From NCBI GenBank assembly GCA_001244265.2, contig CDLV01000007.1:1426001-1490000 (forward strand): a stretch of DNA of 64,000 nt, in the 5' to 3' direction. This document shows positions 1 through 10,660 of the stretch, in pieces (within the stretch, counting starts at the first letter, position 1; each line of letters begins with the position of its first letter). The stretch comes from Microbotryum violaceum. Its lineage: Eukaryota. A program made the translations under genes and the position numbers. Below the pieces are notes generated by a model that saw only the letters and a program-made list of their open reading frames with translations, was not told the DNA's origin and did not search any database.

Positions 1-306
1 GACGGGGTGTGAGGATGGGCGACGGTCTCTGTGAGGTGATGGATGATATGGAGTTGGGGGACTTGCGGAAATTGCTGGCGAGATGGAGATGGTATGCAGC
101 AACCACATTTACCTATACCGGTCGATCAACGACTCAGACTCTGACCCCTTTTGAAGTATGACTTCTTATTATGTTTCTATGCGTCGGGGCAAGCGGTGTG
201 GCCCCGTGTGGGACATGTGCCATGGCCCATGGGGAAGAGCGACCGAACGCAGGAAGCACGCTCGAGTCCGAGCAACCTGAAAATACCCGATAAGGCCGGG
301 GCTTAG

Positions 307-548
307 CAGGACCCGGGAAAGCTCAGCCGAAGGTGCGTCTCGAAAAACCCGTTTTTAGGCCGATTTGTACACCGAATATCCCTATATAAGGGGTGTACGT
401 ATTCCGGTGTAAGACCAGACTATCGGATTGTGTTGAAAATTTACTCTACCGTAAAAAATCACGTCATGTAGCATATCACAAGGCCTAATGGGGCCCGTAA
501 AGTACAAATCTCCGAGACACACATTGGGCTGAGCTTTCCCGGGTCCTG
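307..548. mobile_element. MITE (242 bp non-autonomous DNA transposon)
   Basis: Perfect 22-bp terminal inverted repeat CAGGACCCGGGAAAGCTCAGCC (307-328) / GGCTGAGCTTTCCCGGGTCCTG (527-548), extending to ~36 bp with 3 mismatches. Flanked by direct repeat GCTTAG (301-306 and 549-554). No coding capacity. Confidence 0.85.
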
Positions 549-1293
549 GCTTAGCCCAGCTTAGCCTGAGTCAGCTGAGTTAGGACAAAAAAGCCCATGT
601 CAGACGCCCATGTGAAATAAGGCCCTTTTCTGATTTTTTGTCCAGATTTTACACCCTCTTTTGGCCCCAGAATGGCGAATTTTCACATGTGCCTCGAAAC
701 ATTATCAAAAGTCACTCGAAAGTCATTTAAGGCGGGCGTCGATTCGGCCGGTGTCGCGTGTGTCCGTCCAGGCATCAAATCCCAAATCCCATGTATTGAC
801 CCCTTGAAATCTCGCGAGCGTATAACCGACACCGTCGTTTTCCTCTCGCCACGCAGAGTTCATCTACTATGCCTCGAGCGATGAAGTTTAGCGTAGTAAA
901 CTGAAAGAGCCCTCCGGATCCCTGCCAATTCCCTGGGCGGCGGCGGACTGGTCTGGACTTCTGTTGGACGGCGCGGCGGCGTGGGGATCCCCAGTCTCGA
1001 CTCTCCTCTGTTGTCCTCTGTTCCTTCGCGCTTTGTGTCTCCTCTATAATCGCTCGACCGCCCAGTCCATCCTTGACCACTCCCTTCTCTTACATTCCCA
1101 CACTCTTTTACCTCTGATCGCACCAGTTTTCGGGCCTTCGGGAATCGTTCGTGCTTTCCAGTCCGACTCTCTGGCACCGCTACTCTCGCACGAACGATCG
1201 CTTGCTCCGTTCGTCGCCGGGCGCCGCGCCGAGCCCAGTCGGCTCCCTACCCTGTCCTATCGTCGAGCCAAAAGTCGAATACCCACTAAGCTG

Positions 1294-2849
1294 ATGGGAA
1301 AGAACAAATCCTTTTGGACACCGTTCCTGCTCACCGCGTTGTTGTGTGTGGCTATGCAGTCGCCCGTGGTCGAGGCCGATGTTGTCCCAGTCAGAGCTTC
1401 GGATGCGCACGCGCACGCGCAGTATCACGTGCAGTCTCGCGCCCCTGCACCGACGGGTTACTCTGCCTTAGTCGCTTTCGGTGCATCCTACGTCGGTAAG
1501 TACTACGGCGAAGCCCAGATCAAGTTTATCAATTGGTCGTCTCTGACTGTTGCCAATTTTGATGATCACCAGATAATGCCCACCCCCGAGCGGATGCATA
1601 CAAAAGCTCAATGAGAAATTACTACCCTTACTCCTCCGCGGGAGGTCGCTACTCGAACGGGCCGGTCGGAGTGGAGTACATGGTTGCTTCGGGCACCAGT
1701 CCCACACTCAAACAGTATGGGAAAAGTGCCGTGAAACTGTTTGATTGTCAGTTGGGAATTGGCATAAGCGGGAGAAGAAAATCTTGGCGCATGGCACGGA
1801 CCCTCATCTGGTTTCTCTGAATTGATTTGGCAGACGCCTATGGCGGCTCGGTCATTAGGAATGGATTGGGCGGAGCGTCCAGCTCTTATCCGGCAACAAG
1901 AGATCAGGTCAGTGTTGTGGCCGGCCGTGCACCATGAATGTGCATGCTCTGAAGTTTCCATATGGTCTCGTCTCACCCAGGTCGCCGCGTACATCACTGA
2001 CTTAAAGCGCTCAAGGATCGACATTGGGAAAGGTCGTGTGCTGCACTTTTTCAACACTGGTGAGCTCGGTAGAGTTCTAGAGGCTTCAGGGTCCTCTCTC
2101 ATCTCTCATATCTTCTACGAAACACCACAGGTATCAACCCGGTCACTCAGATCTGGTTGAAGGTCCTCGACGGCAACATGTCAGCAGCGAGCGTGAACAC
2201 TGCTCGAAGCAACATTAAGAGCAACTCTGCAGCTCTAGCCGAATTCATCACTTCGACAAGTCAATCGGTCACTGGGTCAGTTCTCTCGCAAGAGAACGCG
2301 ACCTAGTAGTGTTGTTGACATATCGCCCTACTTTGGCCACACATAACGCATCAGCTCGGTCGCTGCAGCTGATTTCCTGATCGCTGGTATCCCTCCTCTC
2401 GAGATCGTCCCAACCTTCGGCTATCAGATTCCTTCTACTTACACCGCAAAACAACGTTCACAAGCCCTTTCAATCCTCAGAGACCTATCGGCGCGATTCA
2501 ACTCGGATGTGCAAAGATTCGTCTCGAGCTTCAAGCCAACAAGCAGCAAGGTGTTTTACTACGATCTCGCAGCTTTGGTAAGCCAACCGCCACCAGCATT
2601 ATCTTTATGAGGTTTTGTTTTGTTTTTGTTTGCTTGTTCTTACTGCCCTTCGTCGTACAGTGGAGAGACTTGACCGCCTCACCGTCCAAGTACGGGATCA
2701 AGGTCACCAACAAGACGTGCTATGACTCGACCTCGGGAGCCGTTTGCATGAAACCGACGGAATACATCTATTTTGACACTTTGCATCCCGTGACGTCGGT
2801 CCACAAGATCTGGGCGGGCAAGATGAACGCGTTGGTCAACGCCTCCTGA
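1294..2849 (+). CDS. Secreted SGNH/GDSL-like esterase (CE16-like), multi-exon, paralog 1
   Basis: Hydrophobic signal-like N-terminus (MGKNKSFWTPFLLTALLCVAMQ). Block I AFGASYV|DN across a GT-AG intron, GGRYSNGP motif, block II YAYGGS, block III FFNTG|INP, block V YIYFDTLHP. Stop at 2849. Confidence 0.85.
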
Positions 2850-3470
2850 AAGACCACCACGGTGCCTGACCCCTCGGTCCATCCCCGAACGCATATATGC
2901 CCCTGCCGATCGCATGATCTCCGATGGTCTCTTCTCACTGCAGTCGTATAGAATAGAAAACCTACCTACTTACCAACATGTCAGATCAGTGAACGTACGC
3001 AAAGTGTTCTAGATGCCTGTTGATTTTGGTTGCGCGATCGTTTCACCCAACAGGGGATCAACGTGTTGCCCTCAGTCTCCACCTCGCCTCCGCCTCTCTC
3101 GAATTAGCGCAGGTCAGATATTTCTGGGGCGCTAGAAATATCAATTTCGTACTGTGAACCTACTGCATACGTTCTTATGCTCAGTAGCCTCGACGTGTGA
3201 TTTGACAAGAAGGATGCAATCACTTTTCGTTCGGATACGCTTAAGCGATGACCCCACCTGGCGCTCTCTCCTAATCCGCAAATGAACTGCCCAGTTCTGA
3301 AAAATCACCGTCACACCGCAAAAAAAAATAGGAGACCAGATTAAAATATCCGGTTTGTTTGAGTAGCTACTGTGTTCTTTCTGATCTTTGGGTATGTGGG
3401 CGCTCGTTCTCCCTCCTTGCCCTCCCTCCACTCCGTAACCCTTTGCTGCCGTACTACGCCGCCTTGAGTT

Positions 3471-5235
3471 ATGCCGAAAGCCGCAATTTTCAATGTAGCG
3501 ACGGTCCGAGTGCTGGTCACTTTCGTCACCTTGCTCGTGTTTGTCTCGCCTCTGGCCGCCGCTGATGCTGTGGATCACCCCAAGCTACGCGTCAAGGGCG
3601 GGCTGGGTCGGGCTGGTGCCCCAGCTGAGGTGATTGCAAGTGCGGCAGCATCAGTCACGGGTTCCAATTCCAAATCGTACCCTAGAGGCTATTCTGCCGT
3701 CATTGCTTTCGGTGCCTCGTATATGGGTGAGTCCTCCGCTTTGTCGAAGGTCCAGCCAACCCGTGTTCAACGATCCCTCGTCGTGCGATATCCCGCACGG
3801 GACATCGCTTTACGCTCACAGACAATGCTCATAAACGGTCCAAGAAGTACGCCACCTCTTTTCGCGACCAGCAAGAGTATCCCTTTTCGGACCGAGGGCG
3901 CTATACGAATGGCCCCGTTGCGGTGGAGTACATGGTCAAGCCGAGCACCAATCCCGCGCTTAGGCCATTTCAAATTGACCCGCCGGTGCTTTTCGATTGT
4001 AAGCCCCTATTTGTGGCAAAATACACCGGCTCTTAGGAGCTGAGCGTCGGATATTCCGACAGTTGCGTATGGCGGTTCGGTGATCAAAAACAATCTGACT
4101 GGAACGGCAGGGCCGCACAACATTCCCGATCTGGGTCGCGAAGTACGCTGTAGCAGTAGGTCTCGTCGCTTCCGAGAGAAAGGAACTGACTGGGCCACTG
4201 CGGCAGATTAAACAATACCTCGAGCAGCTGGACGATGAGATCATTGATCCTGGAAGAGGTCGTGTATTGCATGTTATTCACACCGGTAAGTATCCAATCT
4301 GATGTCATTTGGTGGACCTGGACCATTCTTTTTTTTTATCATTCTGAGGTTCCGTGTCGTGAATTGCCCTTAATAGGCACCAATCCCATCAGTCAAATGT
4401 GGCTGCACGCTCTTACCGCCAACATTACCCATGCCAAGACGAGACGGTCCATCGGCAAACAAGTCACTCAGATGGCGAAGTATATCCGATACCTGGCTAC
4501 CCATGATTCGCTCCGAGAGTGAGTTCGACCTCAACGATCATAGGGGTCACTGACGATGGTTCGCGAAAGCTAACACGATAAAAGGCGATTGGACGTCCGC
4601 ATAGTAATGTGGTCGCTGCCGACTATCTAATCGTCGGTCTTCCTCCTCTGGGTATTGTTCCAAACCTCTACTTCAATTACATCGCGGCATTCCCTAACCA
4701 TACGGCGGCCCAACGCGATGCTGCCCTCGAGTACGCCGGCGAGCTGGTCGATTTGTTCAACGTTGAGCTCGAGGCATTCACCTCGAGTCTCAAAGCGTAT
4801 GTGAAACCCGGCAGCAGGATTCTGTATTACGACCTCGCGAACTTGGTCAGTCGGATTGCCACCACACGAACTTGATGAGTTCTAGTCCCTTACGTTGATC
4901 CTGCTCCAAACTTATCTCACCAGTTCAAGACCATCTATCGCTTTCCCCGCATTTACGGCATCACGGCCCCCGTCACACAAGCCTGCTGGAGCTCGTCGAC
5001 CAGAGTCCTGTGCAAGGACCCCGAACACCATCTCTATATCGACACTTTACATCCCACGACCTCGGCTCACAAGATCTGGGCATCTAGAATGAACCGCTTG
5101 GTCAACAAGGTGGCGAGACAGGCGGATGCAAAGACTCTGGAAACCACAGTCGAAGATGACCCGACGACCGACGATCACCCATCGTCGAAAACTGACGATG
5201 AACCGTCGTCGAGCCCAGGGGACCTGCGTTGTTGA
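3471..5235 (+). CDS. Secreted SGNH/GDSL-like esterase (CE16-like), multi-exon, paralog 2
   Basis: Signal-like N-terminus; AFGASYM|DN, GRYTNGP, YGGS, LFTG|TNP, HLYIDTLHP. Intron positions match paralog 1. Acidic C-terminal tail ending GDLRC*. Confidence 0.85.
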
Positions 5236-5470
5236 ACGTTAAGCGACTGCTCGTCTCGACATCCTTCAAGTTCTCGAACCAACTTTCTTGTTAATTCCGG
5301 AGCTCGTCGCCAGTTCATCATTCGTGCGTTTTATTGTGTTCTTCGCATGAACCTTCCTCTGTTACAAAATAGGTGTCTGCGTCTGTGAGTTACATATATC
5401 CACACTTTCGGTATGCCCTTCCTGCGTGCCCGAGATAATCGAAATCCTCTCCATGGCACTGAGGGGCGTT

Positions 5471-5980
5471 CTAGATTTTGCTCTGTTCCTGTGGAATGAT
5501 ATGAATTGGTGTCATCATCAGAAACGCGTGGTTCCAAGAGAGAAGAGAAGCGGGAATGATAAGTTGTCTCGCCACTGGTCTATCGAAAAAATCCTCACTT
5601 CGACAACTTCTTGATGAGCGTCTGTTTTCGCACCATCTGCCAGTTGGGGTAGGATGAGGGTTTTGTGGATTGGTCAGCATGGGACAAGTACCTTTCAACT
5701 CGGTTCTCGTTTGTTGTTCTCACGTGTTGACTCTTGTATCTTGGCTCCGACGGCACTAATGGCGGCGCTGGCCCGATCGGTGATCGACGCGGTCGAATCC
5801 TCCGCGATCGCCTAATGGGGAGAGACAAATCTTAGCTCCAGAAGTCGATAAAAACCGGGGTAGCATTAGACGTGTCCTGCATCGTCAACTGACCATGTTC
5901 GCCTCTTTGGACGCTTTCGCAGCTGCCTCCAGCTTCGTTTCGGACTTGTACGCGTCGACGTTGTCTCCCGCATCGACCAT
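5471..5980 (-). CDS. GRG1: Glucose-repressible Grg1-family small protein (4 exons)
   Basis: Splicing three GT-AG introns gives MVDAGDNVDAYKSETKLEAAAKASKEANM|AIAEDSTASITDRASAAISAVGAKIQESTH|GAKTDAHQEVVE|EQSKI*, matching the Grg1 pattern SKEAN..A.DS.AS...RASAA...K..E..H..K.D.H. Confidence 0.75.
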
Positions 5981-6360
5981 GGTGGCGTGATTTGTGGGAT
6001 GAGACCTAGACGTAGAGTACGAGAAAACGTGAGCAATGGGTTCGAGCTGTATCACAGTGTCCACCACCCCAAGCTCGTCTCCATCGAGTCGATGACGATG
6101 AGCCGAAGTGGGGGCGGCAGTGGCCCATCAAGGGGTCCCCGCTCGTCCAAGAAGCTTGGGATCAGTCAATCGATAAGTTAAGACACTGACATAACGTAAG
6201 CTGGATTGCTCGTGATGTTCACCAGGATTATCTCGACTGCGCGGGGTGGACCCAACGTCAAGCGTGACTTGCCGGCCTCACTACGTCACCGCGCTCTGAA
6301 TCTCAACTATAATAGTCTCAATCTGGTAAGTGGAGCGGTTGGTAGTCGTAGATCAGGTCA

Positions 6361-8410
6361 GTTTTATTGTTGTATTTCATAGACTTCACTAACAGCATAA
6401 TTATATTAATACCTAGAAATCTTCGGAAAAGTCGGAGGGAATGCTGTTACGCACACTGGCAGCTGCCAGTAGTGTAGGACTCATTGACCCTGAACCAGGA
6501 TCAACCATACCCACTAAAACCCCCTTTGGTGTCTTACAGAGACACTAGGCGACCCTTGGACTCCTGGATAGAGGCTCAAAGCCCTCGAACTCCGTTTCGG
6601 TGATCGGTTCCAAAAGATCCGACGAGAATCGACGACGGCGACAGAGCTTCCAGATCGAGTGAAAGAAGAGGACTCGTAGTTCGACAAGTCGACGTTCCGA
6701 GCGAGACACGACCGGGCATACAAAGTCCACAAAGACCGTGACTGGGTGGGGGTCGGGGACAGAGCAGACCAGAGACGCCGGGCCAAAGGGGCAGCCGACC
6801 GCGAGGTGGGCCAGGCACTCGGGTGCTTCCGAGAGGCACATCATACAGGAGGCAGATCGATTGTTGGGGTGCGGGCTGGTTGGGGAGGCGACTCGGCTGC
6901 CCGGATGGAGGGACCCCAGGGAGAGAAGGTGGCCGGTATCCTCGGCGTCCGAGCGAACCCGGTCGAACCCGGTGAACCTTGCGCAAAGCCTTCCAACGTT
7001 GCTCAGGCAGATCGAATACCTTCTGGTGTTCCTTGGGGAAGATATGAGGGAAGATGAAGACTTGGTGGCGTTTGGACGGGTTCACAAACGAAGACGGGGT
7101 CATCACCTCGCCATCGGGCCCTCGAAAAAGCGTCGGGTTTACCGAGAGTTGTATTCTGTGGCCCGCTGGGAAGTAGAGTACATGCGTCGCCCATTGCTCG
7201 AGGTTCTGGCTCTTGGAGAGTTCCGAGGGGTTGGGCGTGATCACCGACGCCCAGGCTTCGAAGTATCGGACCCAACGAGCAGGAAGAAGTTTTGTCGTTT
7301 TTCTCACCGCATGGTCCCACTTTGGGTGATGATGGCAAAAGTATGCCCACCAGATCCAAATCCAAGGGCAACGATGCTGGTTGGGGGCCGGTCTGGACAA
7401 GGTGAAAGGGGTTGGTTCGTTTGGTGCCTGGAGGCGGATGCGGATGTCGAAGAGGTGGCGTGTGAAGCAGCCGTCCGTGGCCCGTAGCTGGAAGACCCAC
7501 TTCGCGTGATCGATGCTAGACGCCGAGGCAGATCAATCAAATCGAAGCCGCCGTGATCGAGAGGGGTGCAGAGGCGCGACCGGGAGACCTTCGGACGTCG
7601 CTGAGTACCATCCGAAGCTCGACCGTGAATGGCGAGCATGGCGGCCTCCTCGATCTCCTTGACAACGCTCTTGGGGGCGGGGAGAAATCGGCTGTAGTAC
7701 AGGATCTTTGTGTAGCAGTAGATGTTGATGATCGAACACTTGGCTGCATATGGGAGATCGTACATCGGAATCGAGCGTATCCGAGCGATGGTCGAGGCCT
7801 TGACATCTTCCCAGCCCGCATCCTCGGCGATCTCCACCCCTGTCAGAGTGTATATTGCTGTTTCATCCCACTTCTATTACCGATCACGATTAGTTACTAG
7901 TTGTTGATATTAGTCGCCTCGCGCGGCTATTGCTTGCCTCGCGCGCTCCTACTCTGCGCTTCTCTTCTTTCTCCAACTGTCTTTACTATCATCCTCGGCT
8001 CTCGTAGTAAACGTATCCCGTGCCTCGGCTTTAGGTTCTAATAATCTCCACCCCAACCTGAATACCAAGGTAGCGAAACTGTGAATCGCTGAGACGCCAG
8101 GTCCCGAGATCTGGGGCGATCGGCCGATCCCGAAAAGCTCCAAGGGGATAGAGGAAAGGTTTGGCGTTACTGAGCTTGCTGGCACTTGCCCGTTCGTAAA
8201 GCTCGATCGCCCGATTGAGGTGGTCGAGGTCCGAGAGGTTGTGGAGTGCGCAGCAAGCGTCGTCGGCAAAGAGGAATTCTCGAACGTTTTGGAGGCCCGC
8301 AATCTCGATGCCCTTGACTCTCAATCGAATCTGACAGGCAAAACCTTCGATCGCCAGAACGAAGAGAGACGGAGCCAGAGGATCACCTTGCCGAACCCCC
8401 GACAGGATGT
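6361..8410 (-). mobile_element. Non-LTR retrotransposon family 1, 5'-truncated and disrupted copy (RT C-terminal half + 3' UTR)
   Basis: Near-identical in reverse complement to ~56397-58224 (FADD motif, CMMC..H...C zinc finger, same 3' UTR ending in an A-rich tail). Frameshifted, interrupted at 7841-8043, cut off at ~8410. Confidence 0.95.
7841..8043. mobile_element. 203-bp solo-LTR-like insertion inside the LINE
   Basis: Absent from the intact LINE copy. Starts TGTCAGA and ends TCTAATA (TCTGACA with two transitions). Flanked by duplicated LINE sequence ATCTCCACCCC (7830-7840, 8044-8054). Confidence 0.7.
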
Positions 8411-8850
8411 GAGTGTAAGGCGCCGCTCCGCTTGCGCCTCAGGACAACCTCAAGCCAACCTCAGCGGCCGAAGCTTTACTTGCGCGCGGCGCCACGGGCG
8501 CCTCTTGACCTTAGTCCTTTTAGTAGTCTTTCTTCGCCTGCGAATATACCGTTTGATCCTTTCTGTTTGGACTCGGAATCAGTGAGGCTCGAGAGCGATC
8601 TCGCGCCTTTCACTTTTTTGAAAGGATCAAACGGTGTATTCGCAGGCGAAGAAAGATTACTAAAAGGACTAAGGTCAAGAGGTCAGAGGCGATAGCCCAG
8701 TTAATGTGGTCCAGCGCCCGATATGGGTCGTCTCTTTGTAGACTAGCTGGAATTCAAATTTCCCATCCTCATTCCCAATCTATCTCAACTAGCCTCAGCC
8801 CTCGAGCGAGTAATCCGAGGGCCCGCCATCTAGCCAAAGGCGCTTACTCA
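8410..8850. mobile_element. LTR-like segment truncating the LINE
   Basis: Begins where LINE homology stops. TG...CA termini with imperfect inverted ends TGAGTGTAAGGCGCC / GGCGCTTACTCA. No target duplication seen. Confidence 0.4.
8501..8682. repeat. 63-bp inverted repeat with 56-nt spacer
   Basis: Arms 8501-8563 and 8620-8682 are reverse complements with 2 mismatches. Confidence 0.95.
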
Positions 8851-9419
8851 AGAGGTGCTGCCCAACAATTTTCAAACTAGAACCTCGCTTGACCCCTGAC
8901 AGCTCTTTGCACTGGTCGCTACCCAATTCAGACTTCTTCGAAGCGTGAATGCTTTCGAAAATCGTGACGACTCGGGTCTCGCTCGGCTCAGTCTCGGGTT
9001 AACTCTGCGGCTGCTGGTCCCGGCCGGAGTCTTTACCGGGCGGTGGAGTGTTCATCGGATGCCAGGTCATTCAAACCGGCTCCTCTGCCCGTCACCGCCT
9101 CATCCGCTCACTTAGCCGCTTTTTCTTCTTTATCCGCTCGTTTGATCGCCATCTCTCACTTTCTTCATCCCGCTCGGCCCGACCCTCCGCCTGCACTTCC
9201 GTCCTTTTCCTCGCCATGAACCGAGACATGAACTTGGCGCAAAAAGAGGGAGCACGCTCATGATTAACCCCCACTTCCTCTTTGAACAAGACCAGCTGGA
9301 ATTGTCGGATCTGTATCTTTAACTCAGGTTGCGCTCGCCGTTGCCACCACTGCCACCGTCGTTGATCTTGTAGATAGTGACCTTGCCGATCACCGGAAGC
9401 GCCTTCAATTGTTATTGGG

Positions 9420-10150
9420 CGCCTAAGTACGATCACCGGTGCTCCTGTAACCGCTGTTGACTCTGACAATTAGAAATAAACACGACGTCGATCCCCGTGT
9501 GTGACATGGTCCGACTGGCAATACAGACAATTTACATAAGCCTGGATACTCCTGAGCGACTCGGAAATCTTTCGAGCGTGAGAAATTTAGCATGTGCCCC
9601 TGATCGGCAGCGAACCGGGACCGAGCTGCCGAATTAGTCACACGCAACCCCCAAAGACCTCTAACACGTGATAAAGGCATGGGACATGAGGAAACATGTA
9701 ACACTCTTGCTGCATGAAAGAGGGAACAAACCGTGGCGCATGGTATACAACACTTGACTTGACAATCGACCTTTTGCTTTCCTTGCCAACACATCCACTT
9801 CAAATCCCAAGACGAGCCTCCTCGATCTGAGCCTGTCGAACATCGATATGAGATCGACACTCCTCACCCTCGCCTTTCTCGCCTCGACGATAACCTTGGG
9901 TCAAGCGGGCCTGTGAGCATCTTGACCTCTACATGATCACCAAATGGCGCGGGACGCTGACATGTCTGACACGGGTGAGCAGCTGGAAGAAAATGGTTTG
10001 CAACATTGACTGCATGATTTTTTGCCAGTGAGTAGACATCGCCCCAGGCTTGGCTGTAGCGGTTCTCGGACTGTTGTGTACATGCCAAGTAAGTGTGGGC
10101 AATATTGTGAGGTTTACATAATTCCGTGTGTATAGGGGCAAAGATCAATG
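9420..10150 (-). pseudogene. Degenerate Cys-rich ORF fragments, possible KDZ (CxC-associated) transposase relic
   Basis: Broken frames give HPCQTCQ...VEVK, VKCCIP and YTMRHGLFPLS..SVTCF, resembling the CxC 'RxGLFP...TAF' segment found before KDZ transposases. Pattern recall only, no search run. Confidence 0.3.
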
Positions 10151-10660
10151 CGAGCCGTGCTTCAACGCCTGCACGCCAGCGCCTCCGAAGGAGTTACCGA
10201 AGACGACACTCCCCGAAGGCGCGCTGCTTACTCCTCCCAAGTGATGACGATCAACTCGGTTTCTCGCCCCAAGTCCAAGGAAAGGGAGGATGGTACCTCA
10301 GGGAACGGTCAGGAGAATAGGGTAGTCTTGGCGAATGAAGAGGAGGCTTCGATAGATGGATGAGATGTGACTTTGAGGGTTGCAAATGTCACTTTCGCTG
10401 CCGCCACGCATATTAGAAGCTCAAGATTAGTGAGTCTATGCTCCAGGAGAGATGTCACCAACTTGACTCAGACGGACGCCTTGGTCAAATCTTTCTGTCC
10501 TTGCGGTTCTGAGAGGGTGGGAGGTTCGGCCAAAGGCCAAGACTTGGTCCTCTCAGGAGCTTCGTTCGGCGTATGATCGATGAAGAGGTTAATTCACGTC
10601 AGCCTCGGCTAGATGTTCAAGCATGCTTTCTGAAGTTACAGCAAATCAGAACGCTTCGCA

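Noticed and set aside
7000..7500. Several substitutions to A (coding strand) in the truncated LINE copy relative to the full copy
   Set aside because: They include C-to-A transversions, which do not fit RIP-like C-to-T mutation. Too few were counted by eye, and they could be sequencing error.
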